Assembly: GCF_000196555.1 (NCBI RefSeq)
Contig: NC_015067.1
Span: 900,001-932,000 of the forward strand
Origin: Bifidobacterium longum subsp. longum JCM 1217
Lineage (GTDB): Bacteria; Actinomycetota; Actinomycetes; Actinomycetales; Bifidobacteriaceae
Length of the DNA: 32,000 nucleotides
Direction of reading: 5' to 3'
In this document: one piece after another, positions 1 to 7,642 of the stretch
Position numbering within the stretch: the stretch's first letter is position 1
Layout: every line of letters starts with the position of its first letter
Position numbers and translations under genes: made by a program
Notes under the pieces: generated by a model
Database searches by the model: none
Seen by the model: only the letters and a program-made list of their open reading frames with translations
What the model was told of the DNA's origin: nothing

Positions 1-701
1 CCACCTCCGAAAGCCACAGCCTGATCGCCGGCCTGTCCGGAGCGGCCATCGCCATCCAAGGCGGCATCGGCGGCATCAACATGGGAGAATGGGTCAAGGT
101 GCTCTACGGTCTGGTCGCAAGCCTCCTGTTCGGCTTCGCCGTCGGCTGGTTGGTATGCAAGGCCGTGACCCTGATTTGCGCTGGCATGGACCGCCGCCGC
201 ACCAACGGGTTCTTCACCTACGCGCAGATCGTGGGCGCGGCGGCCATGAGCTTCATGCACGGCGCGCAGGACGGCCAGAAGTTCATCGGCGTGCTGTTCC
301 TCGGCATGGCGTTCTGCAATGGCCAACCCAGCGTGACCGGTGTGATGATTCCGATCTGGCTCATGATTCTGTGCAGCACCATCATGGGCGTGGGCACGTC
401 CGTCGGCGGTGAACGCATCATCAAATCCGTGGGCCAGGACATGGTGAAACTCGAGAAATACCAAGGCTTCTCGGCCGATCTGTCAAGCGCGCTGTGCCTG
501 CTCGTCATGACCGTGCTCGGCATCCCCGTCTCCACCACGCACACCAAGACCAGCGCCATCATGGGCGTGGGCGCGGTACGCCGCCTCTCCGCCATCAACT
601 TCGGCGTGGTGCGCGACATGATGCTCACCTGGGTGTTCACCTTCCCTGGTTGCGGTCTCATCAGCTTCGTAATGGCCAAACTGTTCATGGTCGTGTTCTA
701 G
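1..701 (+). CDS. pit: PiT-family inorganic phosphate transporter, C-terminal part (5' end lies upstream of window)
   Basis: Frame 3 is open from nt 3 (TSESHSLIAGLSGAAIAIQGG...) and runs into listed ORF 81..701. The product is polytopic and hydrophobic, with PiT/PHO4-like motifs SHSLI.G, MSFMHGAQDGQK and IPVSTTHT..SAIMGVG. Stop TAG at 699-701. Confidence 0.9.
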   Translation, partial: TSESHSLIAGLSGAAIAIQGGIGGINMGEWVKVLYGLVASLLFGFAVGWLVCKAVTLICAGMDRRRTNGFFTYAQIVGAAAMSFMHGAQDGQKFIGVLFLGMAFCNGQPSVTGVMIPIWLMILCSTIMGVGTSVGGERIIKSVGQDMVKLEKYQGFSADLSSALCLLVMTVLGIPVSTTHTKTSAIMGVGAVRRLSAINFGVVRDMMLTWVFTFPGCGLISFVMAKLFMVVF

Positions 702-718
702 AAAGGAATCCACCCATC

Positions 719-1342
719 ATGGCGAGACAAAAAGACACGTTCTACTTCGACGGATTCCGCCGCAGCGCGGACTACGCATGCCAGGCCGCGAAGCTGCTGT
801 CCGAGGTCATGCACGACTTCAATCCGGGCCAGCTGCGCGAACGCATGGACAGCATGCACGCGATTGAGAAGTCAGCGGACGAGGTGCGCCACGACATGAT
901 GGACGAACTGGTGACCGCGTTCATCACGCCGTTCGACCGCGAGGACATCGACGAGCTCGGCCACGTGCTCGACGACGTGACCGACAGCATCGAAGGCGTG
1001 CTCAACCGCATGTACTACGACAACGTGACCGACATGCGCGACGACGCGGTCCAGATGTCGGATATGGTGGTGCGCGCCACGGAAAGCATCTGCGAGCTGG
1101 TCAACGAACTGCCGCGATTCCGGCATTCCAAGACGTTGCGCGAACTGGTGTTCGCCATCAACACGATCGAAACGGACGCCGACCACCTGTTCATCGAGTC
1201 GATGCGCACGCTGCACACCACCTGCACCGATCCGCTGCAGGTGTTCGCCTGGCATGACGTCTACCGTCACCTCGAACAGTGCTCCGACGACTGCGAGCGC
1301 GTGGCCAACACCATCGACAGTATCGTCATGAAAAACAGCTGA
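719..1342 (+). CDS. DUF47 / PhoU-like phosphate-transport accessory protein (YkaA/TIGR00153-type)
   Basis: In frame with listed ORF 494..1342. ATG 719 follows SD GAAAGGAA and lies 17 nt after the pit stop. MARQKDTFYFDGFRRSADYA...HAIEKSADEVRHDM...IETDADHLF is a typical DUF47 helical repeat. Adjacency to pit is the usual context. Confidence 0.85.
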   Translation: MARQKDTFYFDGFRRSADYACQAAKLLSEVMHDFNPGQLRERMDSMHAIEKSADEVRHDMMDELVTAFITPFDREDIDELGHVLDDVTDSIEGVLNRMYYDNVTDMRDDAVQMSDMVVRATESICELVNELPRFRHSKTLRELVFAINTIETDADHLFIESMRTLHTTCTDPLQVFAWHDVYRHLEQCSDDCERVANTIDSIVMKNS

Positions 1343-1386
1343 GGTTGGTTTTTCACAACCTCCCTCTGATGAGCCGAGCCGTGAAG

Positions 1387-1406
1387 AAAACGCCGGAGGC
1401 GTTTTT
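1387..1406. terminator. Bidirectional intrinsic terminator between the DUF47 gene (+) and the response regulator (-)
   Basis: AAAACGCC-GGA-GGCGTTTT gives an 8-bp stem with A-run and T-run flanks, so a U-tail exists on either strand. A second hairpin, GAGGTTG-N8-CAACCTC, sits at about 1344-1366. Confidence 0.7.
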
Positions 1407-1525
1407 AGGCGAGGGTGAGTGACAACGAGCGAATAAGAGGTCAGCTGCAAGCTGTCCTGAATCGCGTTCGAGGTGGCATCGCGAAGCGATGTCGGAGGGA
1501 GAGGCCTACTTGACCAAAAGCCCCC

Positions 1526-2179
1526 TCACCTATGGGCGTTGAGCCAGAGGATGGCGAGTTGGGTGCGATTGGTCAGGCCGAGCTTGTCCAGTATCGCGCT
1601 GATGCGATTGCGGACCGTGCCTTCGCTCAGGAACAGTCTGGCGGCGATGTCGCGGTTATCGAGGCCCTCGGCGACCAGCGCGGTGATCTCACGTTCGCGC
1701 TCGCCAAGCAGGCCCTCGATGGAATCGGCGGTATCTCTGGAATCGTCGGAATCGGCAGGATCCGGAGTTCGTTCGGTGAGCTTGCCGAGCACTTCCGCGC
1801 CGAGCACCACCTGACCGGCCATCACCGCCTGCAGCGCGGGCCCGACCGCCGCCACATCCTGTTTGATGAGATAGCCCTTGGCGCCAAGTCCCATCGCCTG
1901 CGCGATATACGACTGGTCCGCAAACGTGGTCAGGAACAGTATGCGCGCGGCCGGGTCCGTGGCCAGAATCTCGCGCGCGGCATCCAAACCGCTGGTGCCG
2001 GGCATCTGAATATCGATCAGCAGCACGTCCGGTCGGCTCGCCGGTGTCTCGAAATAACGGCGCACGGCGGCGTCTCCGTCATTTGCCATCCATAGCACCT
2101 CGGCCGTGCCGGTGGCCGTCAGAATCGTCTCCAACGACTGGCAGACGATCGGATCATCATCCACGATTGCGATTCTCAT
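1526..2179 (-). CDS. NarL/LuxR-family response regulator (REC + LuxR HTH)
   Basis: MRIAIVDDDPIV...DVLLIDIQMPG (receiver domain) and ITALVAEGLDNRDIAARLFLSEGTVRNRISAILDKLG (LuxR HTH). Preferred start is ATG 2179, with SD GAGGGA upstream and a TGATG 1-nt overlap with the kinase stop. The listed ORF start at 2203 is the alternative. Confidence 0.9.
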   Translation of the reverse strand: MRIAIVDDDPIVCQSLETILTATGTAEVLWMANDGDAAVRRYFETPASRPDVLLIDIQMPGTSGLDAAREILATDPAARILFLTTFADQSYIAQAMGLGAKGYLIKQDVAAVGPALQAVMAGQVVLGAEVLGKLTERTPDPADSDDSRDTADSIEGLLGEREREITALVAEGLDNRDIAARLFLSEGTVRNRISAILDKLGLTNRTQLAILWLNAHR

Positions 2180-3531
2180 CAATCCCTCGATTCCATGGTC
2201 CAACGCTTCTTCGGCACGGATACGAACACACGCCAGCCGTCCTCATACGGCCCGCAGACCGCGGTGCCGCCAAGGGCGCGCACGCGCGATTCGATATCCG
2301 CCAAACCCATGCCGCGCATCAGCTCATCGGCCGAACCACGCATATCGGCAACGCCGTCGGCGGCGAGTCGCGAGCCGACGTGCGTGGCGCGCATCGCACG
2401 CGGGCGGGCAGCGGCCGTCCGGGACCCATCGGACTCGGACACGGCCGGCCCCGGATCCTGAATGACCAACTGCCAGAACGCGGGGAAGTCACGCAACGTC
2501 ACGCTCGCCTCGCGCGCCGCGCTGTGATGCACCACGTTCGACAATGCCTCGCGAATCACGGTCGCGAAACAGCGCGAGACCGGCGCAGGCGCCTTGGCGA
2601 TATCGTTGGCCAGCGTCACGGCGAAACCGGGGGAGATGCCGTCGAACGACGTGACGGCATCATCGATCTGCGCGGCGAAATCAGTGCCATCATCCTCAAG
2701 ATCATGCACCGAACGGCGCACTATCGTCATCGCATCATCCAACGTCGCACCCAACGTGGCGAACCCTTGCGCAGCGACCGTATCGTTCGTCGCCTTGGCC
2801 ACCGTTTTGCCGGCCTGCGCCTGCATGATCGCGCGGGTCAGCAGATGGCCCACATTGTCGTGGATCTCCCGGGCGATACGCGTGCGCTCGCCGAGGGTCG
2901 CCATGCGAATCGACTGGGCGCGTTCCTCATCGATGTCGGCGATGCGCGAACGAGTGGCCCGCGAGGATTCGCGCGCCCTGTCCTGCGCGTGCAGCAACGC
3001 GCGCCGCGCCTCGTCCGAGGAGGCGCGGGCCCGGCCCAGAACGAATCCAAGCAGGGCGACCAGCGTCATCACCAGCGTCTGGAGACGGTCGGTGCCACGG
3101 GCGAACCAGAGCGCGATCAGCGGCAACACCCATATCCAGCGCGCGGCGGCCGAAAGCCACGGGGCCGAACGCATTGCATCGGCAAGGGAACGGCGAGAGG
3201 CCGCGGTCCGCGAGACACTGGGGGAGCGGCCACTTGCCGCAGTCCGTGCCCCAGCCCGGGCTCCGGTCGAGGCGAGGGCCGGCAGCCGTGCAGTATCGTA
3301 GGCGATGAGCGGCATGAACGCGCACCATGAAGGCACCGCCACGGCGATGACGAGATACGCCGTACACAAGACCCAAGACCATTGCGCGGGACGCAGCCAT
3401 TCCACCAATCCGGCGACGGAAACGGCCAACAGCAGGCCGGCGATGAACACGCCATCGGACCGTAGCCTGACAAGCCAGGCCAAAGCCAGGCCCAACACGA
3501 GTAGCAAGCCCATCTCGGCCAACACGCGCAT
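2179..3531 (-). CDS. Sensor histidine kinase, HisKA_3 (NarL-partner) type, multi-TM N-terminus with short loops
   Basis: H-box IAREIHDNVGHLLT (HisKA_3). C-terminal HATPase region has EALSNVVHHS and GMGLADIESRVRALGG. About 5 predicted TM helices and no large extracytoplasmic domain. Translationally coupled to the downstream regulator. Confidence 0.9.
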   Translation of the reverse strand: MRVLAEMGLLLVLGLALAWLVRLRSDGVFIAGLLLAVSVAGLVEWLRPAQWSWVLCTAYLVIAVAVPSWCAFMPLIAYDTARLPALASTGARAGARTAASGRSPSVSRTAASRRSLADAMRSAPWLSAAARWIWVLPLIALWFARGTDRLQTLVMTLVALLGFVLGRARASSDEARRALLHAQDRARESSRATRSRIADIDEERAQSIRMATLGERTRIAREIHDNVGHLLTRAIMQAQAGKTVAKATNDTVAAQGFATLGATLDDAMTIVRRSVHDLEDDGTDFAAQIDDAVTSFDGISPGFAVTLANDIAKAPAPVSRCFATVIREALSNVVHHSAAREASVTLRDFPAFWQLVIQDPGPAVSESDGSRTAAARPRAMRATHVGSRLAADGVADMRGSADELMRGMGLADIESRVRALGGTAVCGPYEDGWRVFVSVPKKRWTMESRD

Positions 3532-3700
3532 GGCACCTCCCCGGCTCGACGCTCTTCCACCACCAGTCTAGCGGTGTGCGGAACACGACGAACTTGACGG
3601 GCGTGCGGAATTACCCGCATGACGGTCCAAGACAACGGGCCTACACTTCCCGAATAGATGAGGCACAAGCGTCGGATGTCGTCGACACAACCGTAAAGGG

Positions 3701-3817
3701 ATGATACCGATGATTACGCAAAGCCACAGGGCGTCCAACTATTCGATGGACGAGATCAGCCTGATGCCGGTCGATAAGGTGTACAAGGCCATGCAGACCG
3801 ACGCCGAAGGACTGTAA
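3701..3817 (+). CDS. Candidate small ORF (38 aa, or 35 aa from ATG 3710), unlisted in the ORF track
   Basis: My own translation is MIPMITQSHRASNYSMDEISLMPVDKVYKAMQTDAEGL*. AAAGGG lies upstream of ATG 3710. Third-codon positions are strongly G/C, matching the neighbouring genes. Same strand as the ABC-2 operon and 100 nt upstream of it. No recognisable family. Confidence 0.3.
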   Translation: MIPMITQSHRASNYSMDEISLMPVDKVYKAMQTDAEGL

Positions 3818-3916
3818 TGACAAATGTCACGCCTGTACGGCCAAGTCGTGACGTTTGCCTGTGGCGGCGTCCGGCCCCTTCTTGGGATGATGGAATCGCC
3901 AAGGAAGGGAGTGACT

Positions 3917-4900
3917 ATGACAACCGACAACAGAGCTTCCGAACACGACTCGACAACCAACCCGGCTCTGGCCGTGCACGTCAGCCAACTGGTCAAACGC
4001 TACGGCGACATGGTGGCGCTCGACTATTTTGACCTTGACGTGAACCAGGGCGAGATTTTCGGGCTGCTTGGACCGAACGGGTCCGGCAAAACCACCGCGA
4101 TCAACTGCATCCTCGCGCTGCTCACCTACGATTCGGGCACGATTCGCGTGTTCGGCCAGCCGATGACGCCGACCTCCTACGCGCTGAAACGTCGTATCGG
4201 CATCGTGCCGCAGAACGTGGCCGTGTTCAACGAACTGACCGTCACCGAAAACATCGACTACTTCTGCTCGCTGTACGTGCCGAAGAAAACCGACCGCGCG
4301 CCGCTGGTCGAGGAGTCCATCGAATTCGTCGGACTCCAGGACTTCCGCAAGTTCCGGCCCGGCAAACTGTCCGGCGGTCTGCTGCGACGCCTGAACATCG
4401 CCTGCGGCATCGCGCACAAGCCTAACCTGATCTTCTTCGACGAACCCACGGTCGCCGTCGACCCGCAAAGCCGCAATTCGATTCTGGAAGGCATCCAGCG
4501 GCTCAACCAGGCCGGCGCCACGGTGATCTACACCAGCCACTACATGGAGGAGGTCGAACAGATCTGCGACCGCATCCTCATCATGGACCACGGCCGGCAC
4601 CTGGCGCTCGGAACCGCCGACGAGCTCAAGAACATGATCGACACGGGCGAGCGCATCACCATCGAAACGCTCGATCTGGCGGATTCGGCGATGGCCGAGG
4701 TCCGTGCGCTGCCGTGCGTGATCGAAGCCACCTACGACGGCAAGGAACTCGACGTGCGATGCCGTCGCGGCGAACACAACCTGACCGACGTGCTCGACGC
4801 GGTGAAACGCTCCGGCGCCAACATCGGCCACCTGACCAGTCGCCCGCCCACCCTCAACGACGTGTTCCTCGAACTCACCGGCAAAGCACTGAGGGACTGA
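3917..4900 (+). CDS. ABC-2-type transporter ATP-binding protein
   Basis: Walker A GPNGSGKTT, Q-loop GIVPQ, signature LSGGLLRRL, Walker B LIFFDEPT, H-loop TSHYMEE, plus a C-terminal accessory domain. Start ATG 3917 is preferred because SD AAGGAAGGGAG lies 6 nt upstream. The listed ORF starts at 3824. Confidence 0.93.
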   Translation: MTTDNRASEHDSTTNPALAVHVSQLVKRYGDMVALDYFDLDVNQGEIFGLLGPNGSGKTTAINCILALLTYDSGTIRVFGQPMTPTSYALKRRIGIVPQNVAVFNELTVTENIDYFCSLYVPKKTDRAPLVEESIEFVGLQDFRKFRPGKLSGGLLRRLNIACGIAHKPNLIFFDEPTVAVDPQSRNSILEGIQRLNQAGATVIYTSHYMEEVEQICDRILIMDHGRHLALGTADELKNMIDTGERITIETLDLADSAMAEVRALPCVIEATYDGKELDVRCRRGEHNLTDVLDAVKRSGANIGHLTSRPPTLNDVFLELTGKALRD

Positions 4901-4903
4901 CCA

Positions 4904-4981
4904 TGCTCCCCTCAGTCGGCAAGCAAATAACTTGGCTCCCCTCTCCGAGGGGAGCTGTCACCAAAGGTGACTGAGGGGAGT
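4904..4981. repeat. Structured intergenic repeat unit (full unit 4932-4980 plus an upstream inverted partner)
   Basis: Hairpin 1 is GCTCCCCTC-TCC-GAGGGGAGC (4935-4955). Hairpin 2 is GTCACC-AAA-GGTGAC (4957-4971). The tail TGAGGGGAG follows. GCTCCCCTCAGTC (4905-4917) is the reverse complement of 4969-4980. The same unit recurs at 30173-30223. Confidence 0.8.
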
Positions 4982-5000
4982 TCCTGAGTAAGGAGACATC

Positions 5001-6239
5001 ATGTGGACCACATTTCTGGTCGCATTGAAAGCGAACTTGCGTAACCGGTCGGCGTTGTTCTGGATGACCGTGTTCCCGATTGTGCTGGCGACCATGTTCA
5101 ACGGACTGTTCGGCGGGCTGGCCGAAGCATACGAACTCAAGCCGGTGCCGATGGCCGTCATCGAAGACACCCGTTGGCAGCAGGCGGACGGTGCCCGCAC
5201 CTTCGTAGACGCGCTGGCCGGGGAAACGGAATCGGCCTCAGACGACACGACCTACGCCGAAATCGACCAAAAGCTGCTGACCATCACCACAGTCGACACC
5301 GTGAAGGAGGCCGAACAACGGCTCGCCGACGGCACTGCCAACGGCTATCTGACCGCCGACAATAACGGCCGATTGGCGATGACCGTGAGCCGGGAAACCG
5401 CCGTCACAGCCAAGGACTCCACGCAAAACAGCGGACTGGACATTAGCCTCGCGGCCCTGCGCAGCGTCATCGACCTGTACAACCGCACCGACGCCGTTAC
5501 CCGGCAGACCATCGCCGACAATCCACAGGCCGCGCTCAGCCGGAACTTCTGGAACAGCGTCGGGCAGAACGTCGACATGACCCATGAGACGACGCTCACG
5601 CATTTCCAGCCTGACGAGATCGCCCGATACTATTACGCGCTGCTGGCCATGTCCTGCATGATGGCCATGGGATACTCCATCAGCACAGTCGCCGCCGCAC
5701 AGGCGAACCTGTCCGCGCTGGGCATACGGCGGACCGTAGCGCCGCTGAGCCGGGCCAAACAGCTCGTCGCGGGCTTCCTCTCCTGCTGGCTGTGCTCGTC
5801 GGTCGCCCTGTCCATCGCATTGGCCTATATCCGGCTCGCCTGCAACGTCTCGCTCGGCGGACGCGAACCGGCGGCGATCCTCGCGGTCATCATCGCCTCG
5901 TTCATGACCAGCTCAGCAGGCACCCTGCTCGGTGCGGTGCCGAAGCTCTCGTACAACACGAAATACGGGCTGTCGACCGGCATCTCCTGCACGCTGTCGC
6001 TGTTCACCGGACTGTACGGCGGGTTTGCCATGCAGATCAGCGACTGGATAGCCCGCAACGCGCCCATACTCGGCACCATCAACCCCGCACAGCAGGTGAC
6101 GAACCTGTTCTACGACATCCTGTACTACGACAGCTACCGGCCGTTCATCACCACCTGCATCATTCTGCTGGCGATGAGCGCGGTATTCCTCTTGGCCGGC
6201 ATCGCAATGCTGAGGAGGCAACGTTATGAACACCTGTAA
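5001..6239 (+). CDS. ABC-2 family transporter permease (N-terminal TM, large extracytoplasmic loop, C-terminal TM bundle)
   Basis: 412-aa ORF with SD AAGGAG 7 nt upstream. Topology is TM1, then a roughly 170-aa hydrophilic loop, then 5 C-terminal TMs, as typical of ABC2_membrane_3-like permeases. Follows the ATPase gene. Confidence 0.85.
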   Translation: MWTTFLVALKANLRNRSALFWMTVFPIVLATMFNGLFGGLAEAYELKPVPMAVIEDTRWQQADGARTFVDALAGETESASDDTTYAEIDQKLLTITTVDTVKEAEQRLADGTANGYLTADNNGRLAMTVSRETAVTAKDSTQNSGLDISLAALRSVIDLYNRTDAVTRQTIADNPQAALSRNFWNSVGQNVDMTHETTLTHFQPDEIARYYYALLAMSCMMAMGYSISTVAAAQANLSALGIRRTVAPLSRAKQLVAGFLSCWLCSSVALSIALAYIRLACNVSLGGREPAAILAVIIASFMTSSAGTLLGAVPKLSYNTKYGLSTGISCTLSLFTGLYGGFAMQISDWIARNAPILGTINPAQQVTNLFYDILYYDSYRPFITTCIILLAMSAVFLLAGIAMLRRQRYEHL

Positions 6240-7638
6240 AGCCACGCTGCGCGTGCTGTTCGCGCACCGGGTCTACCTGATGATCTACCTCGTATTCATA
6301 GGCATCCTGATGATGTCCATCAGCTGGGCGATGCTGACCTCCGCATCCGGCTCCATGTCCGCGGTGTTCGAATCGACCAAGACGCGCGTCGCCATCATCG
6401 ACCGCGACTCCGACCGGGGTGATATCGCCACGTCGATGCGCGCCTACCTGCGCGATTCCAGCGAACTGGTGGACCTCGACGACACCAGCGAAACGCTGCA
6501 ACAGGCCGTCGCCTCGAACTGGGTGGACCTGATCGTCATCATTCCCGACGGATTCGCTGACGATTATGTCGCCGCGGCGGCGGACGGCGACAATCCGCCG
6601 AACGTGGACACGGTTACCAGCTACGCATCCGGCTCCGGGTCGATGGCGCGGATGAACGTCGGCGGGTTCCTCTCGCTCACCCGCACCGCACTGATCGGCG
6701 CGCAGACGAGGGTCGACCAGGCGGCGCTCGCCGGCATGATGAACGCTACAGGAGGGGCCGCCGGTTTTGATGGCGCGAGTCTGGACCAAGACATGCTGGA
6801 CTCGCTGCCGGAAGGGCAAGTCGACAAGCCGGATATCAAGGATCTGTCCCAGGCCGCCAAAATGGCCGCCGAATCGGCCAGCGATACAGACGTGAACCAT
6901 CAGATCGCCGTGGTCGATACGCCGACCGAGGAGTCGGCAAGCGCTGCGGATACGGCGGTCAGCGGATTCGGCGGCACCATGAAAACCGCGCTGTACCCGC
7001 TGTCCCTGGCGATGACCATCTGCGGATCGATGATCCTGGGCGCGTTCACCACCGGCGAGGTGCGGCGGCGTCTCACCGCCTCGCCCCGACGCATGGTCCT
7101 GATGGGACTCCAGCGGTTGCTGACGTTGGGCGGATTCGCGCTCGTCGTATGCGTCGGCTATTTGGTGCTGTCAATCGGTCTGATGATGGCGGCGGGGCTC
7201 GATCCGTTGCACCTGAGCGTCGGGGGAGTGCTGATGACGTTCGGCGCGACCTGCGTGTACGCGCTGATGACCGTCGCCTGCGGATTCATGCTCAGCGAGT
7301 TCGGGCTCTCGGAAGAGGCGGCCAACGGGTTCGCCAACATCTTCGGCCTGCTCATCATGTTCACGTCGGGTGTCGCATTGCCGATTGACATGATGCCCGG
7401 CGTGATGGTGACCATAGCCAAGTTCCTGCCCGGCTGGTGGTATTGCACCGCGATCGACAACGCGCTCGGCTTCGGCACGGCGGCGGAAACCGGCATAAGC
7501 GTCGCCGGCTGGTCCGGCTCGCTGGGATTGGTCGCACTGTTCGGTGTGATGTTCATCTGCATCGGCCTGGCCGCCGGCCGCTTCCGCCGATCCCGCCCCG
7601 CCCTGGCCGCGCCTGCCACCACGCAGCTGGCCGAGTGA
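6226..7638 (+). CDS. Second ABC-2 family transporter permease
   Basis: 470-aa ORF with a 14-nt overlap onto the preceding permease gene, and SD GAGGAGG upstream. Same architecture as the first permease (TM1, long loop, 5 C-terminal TMs). Confidence 0.85.
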   Translation: MNTCKATLRVLFAHRVYLMIYLVFIGILMMSISWAMLTSASGSMSAVFESTKTRVAIIDRDSDRGDIATSMRAYLRDSSELVDLDDTSETLQQAVASNWVDLIVIIPDGFADDYVAAAADGDNPPNVDTVTSYASGSGSMARMNVGGFLSLTRTALIGAQTRVDQAALAGMMNATGGAAGFDGASLDQDMLDSLPEGQVDKPDIKDLSQAAKMAAESASDTDVNHQIAVVDTPTEESASAADTAVSGFGGTMKTALYPLSLAMTICGSMILGAFTTGEVRRRLTASPRRMVLMGLQRLLTLGGFALVVCVGYLVLSIGLMMAAGLDPLHLSVGGVLMTFGATCVYALMTVACGFMLSEFGLSEEAANGFANIFGLLIMFTSGVALPIDMMPGVMVTIAKFLPGWWYCTAIDNALGFGTAAETGISVAGWSGSLGLVALFGVMFICIGLAAGRFRRSRPALAAPATTQLAE

Positions 7639-7642
7639 GAAA

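Noticed and set aside
494-718. N-terminal 75-aa extension of the DUF47 ORF in the ORF track
   Set aside because: The extension overlaps the 3' end of pit in another frame and is Arg/His-rich nonsense. ATG 719, with an SD just after the pit stop, gives the canonical DUF47 N-terminus.
2044-3330. A 428-aa plus-strand ORF, with several other ORFs (2106-2465, 2594-3301, 2927-3586, 3117-3668) overlapping the kinase gene
   Set aside because: All are out-of-frame or antisense to the histidine kinase, which carries clear H-box and ATPase motifs. Their products are Arg/Pro/Gly-rich.
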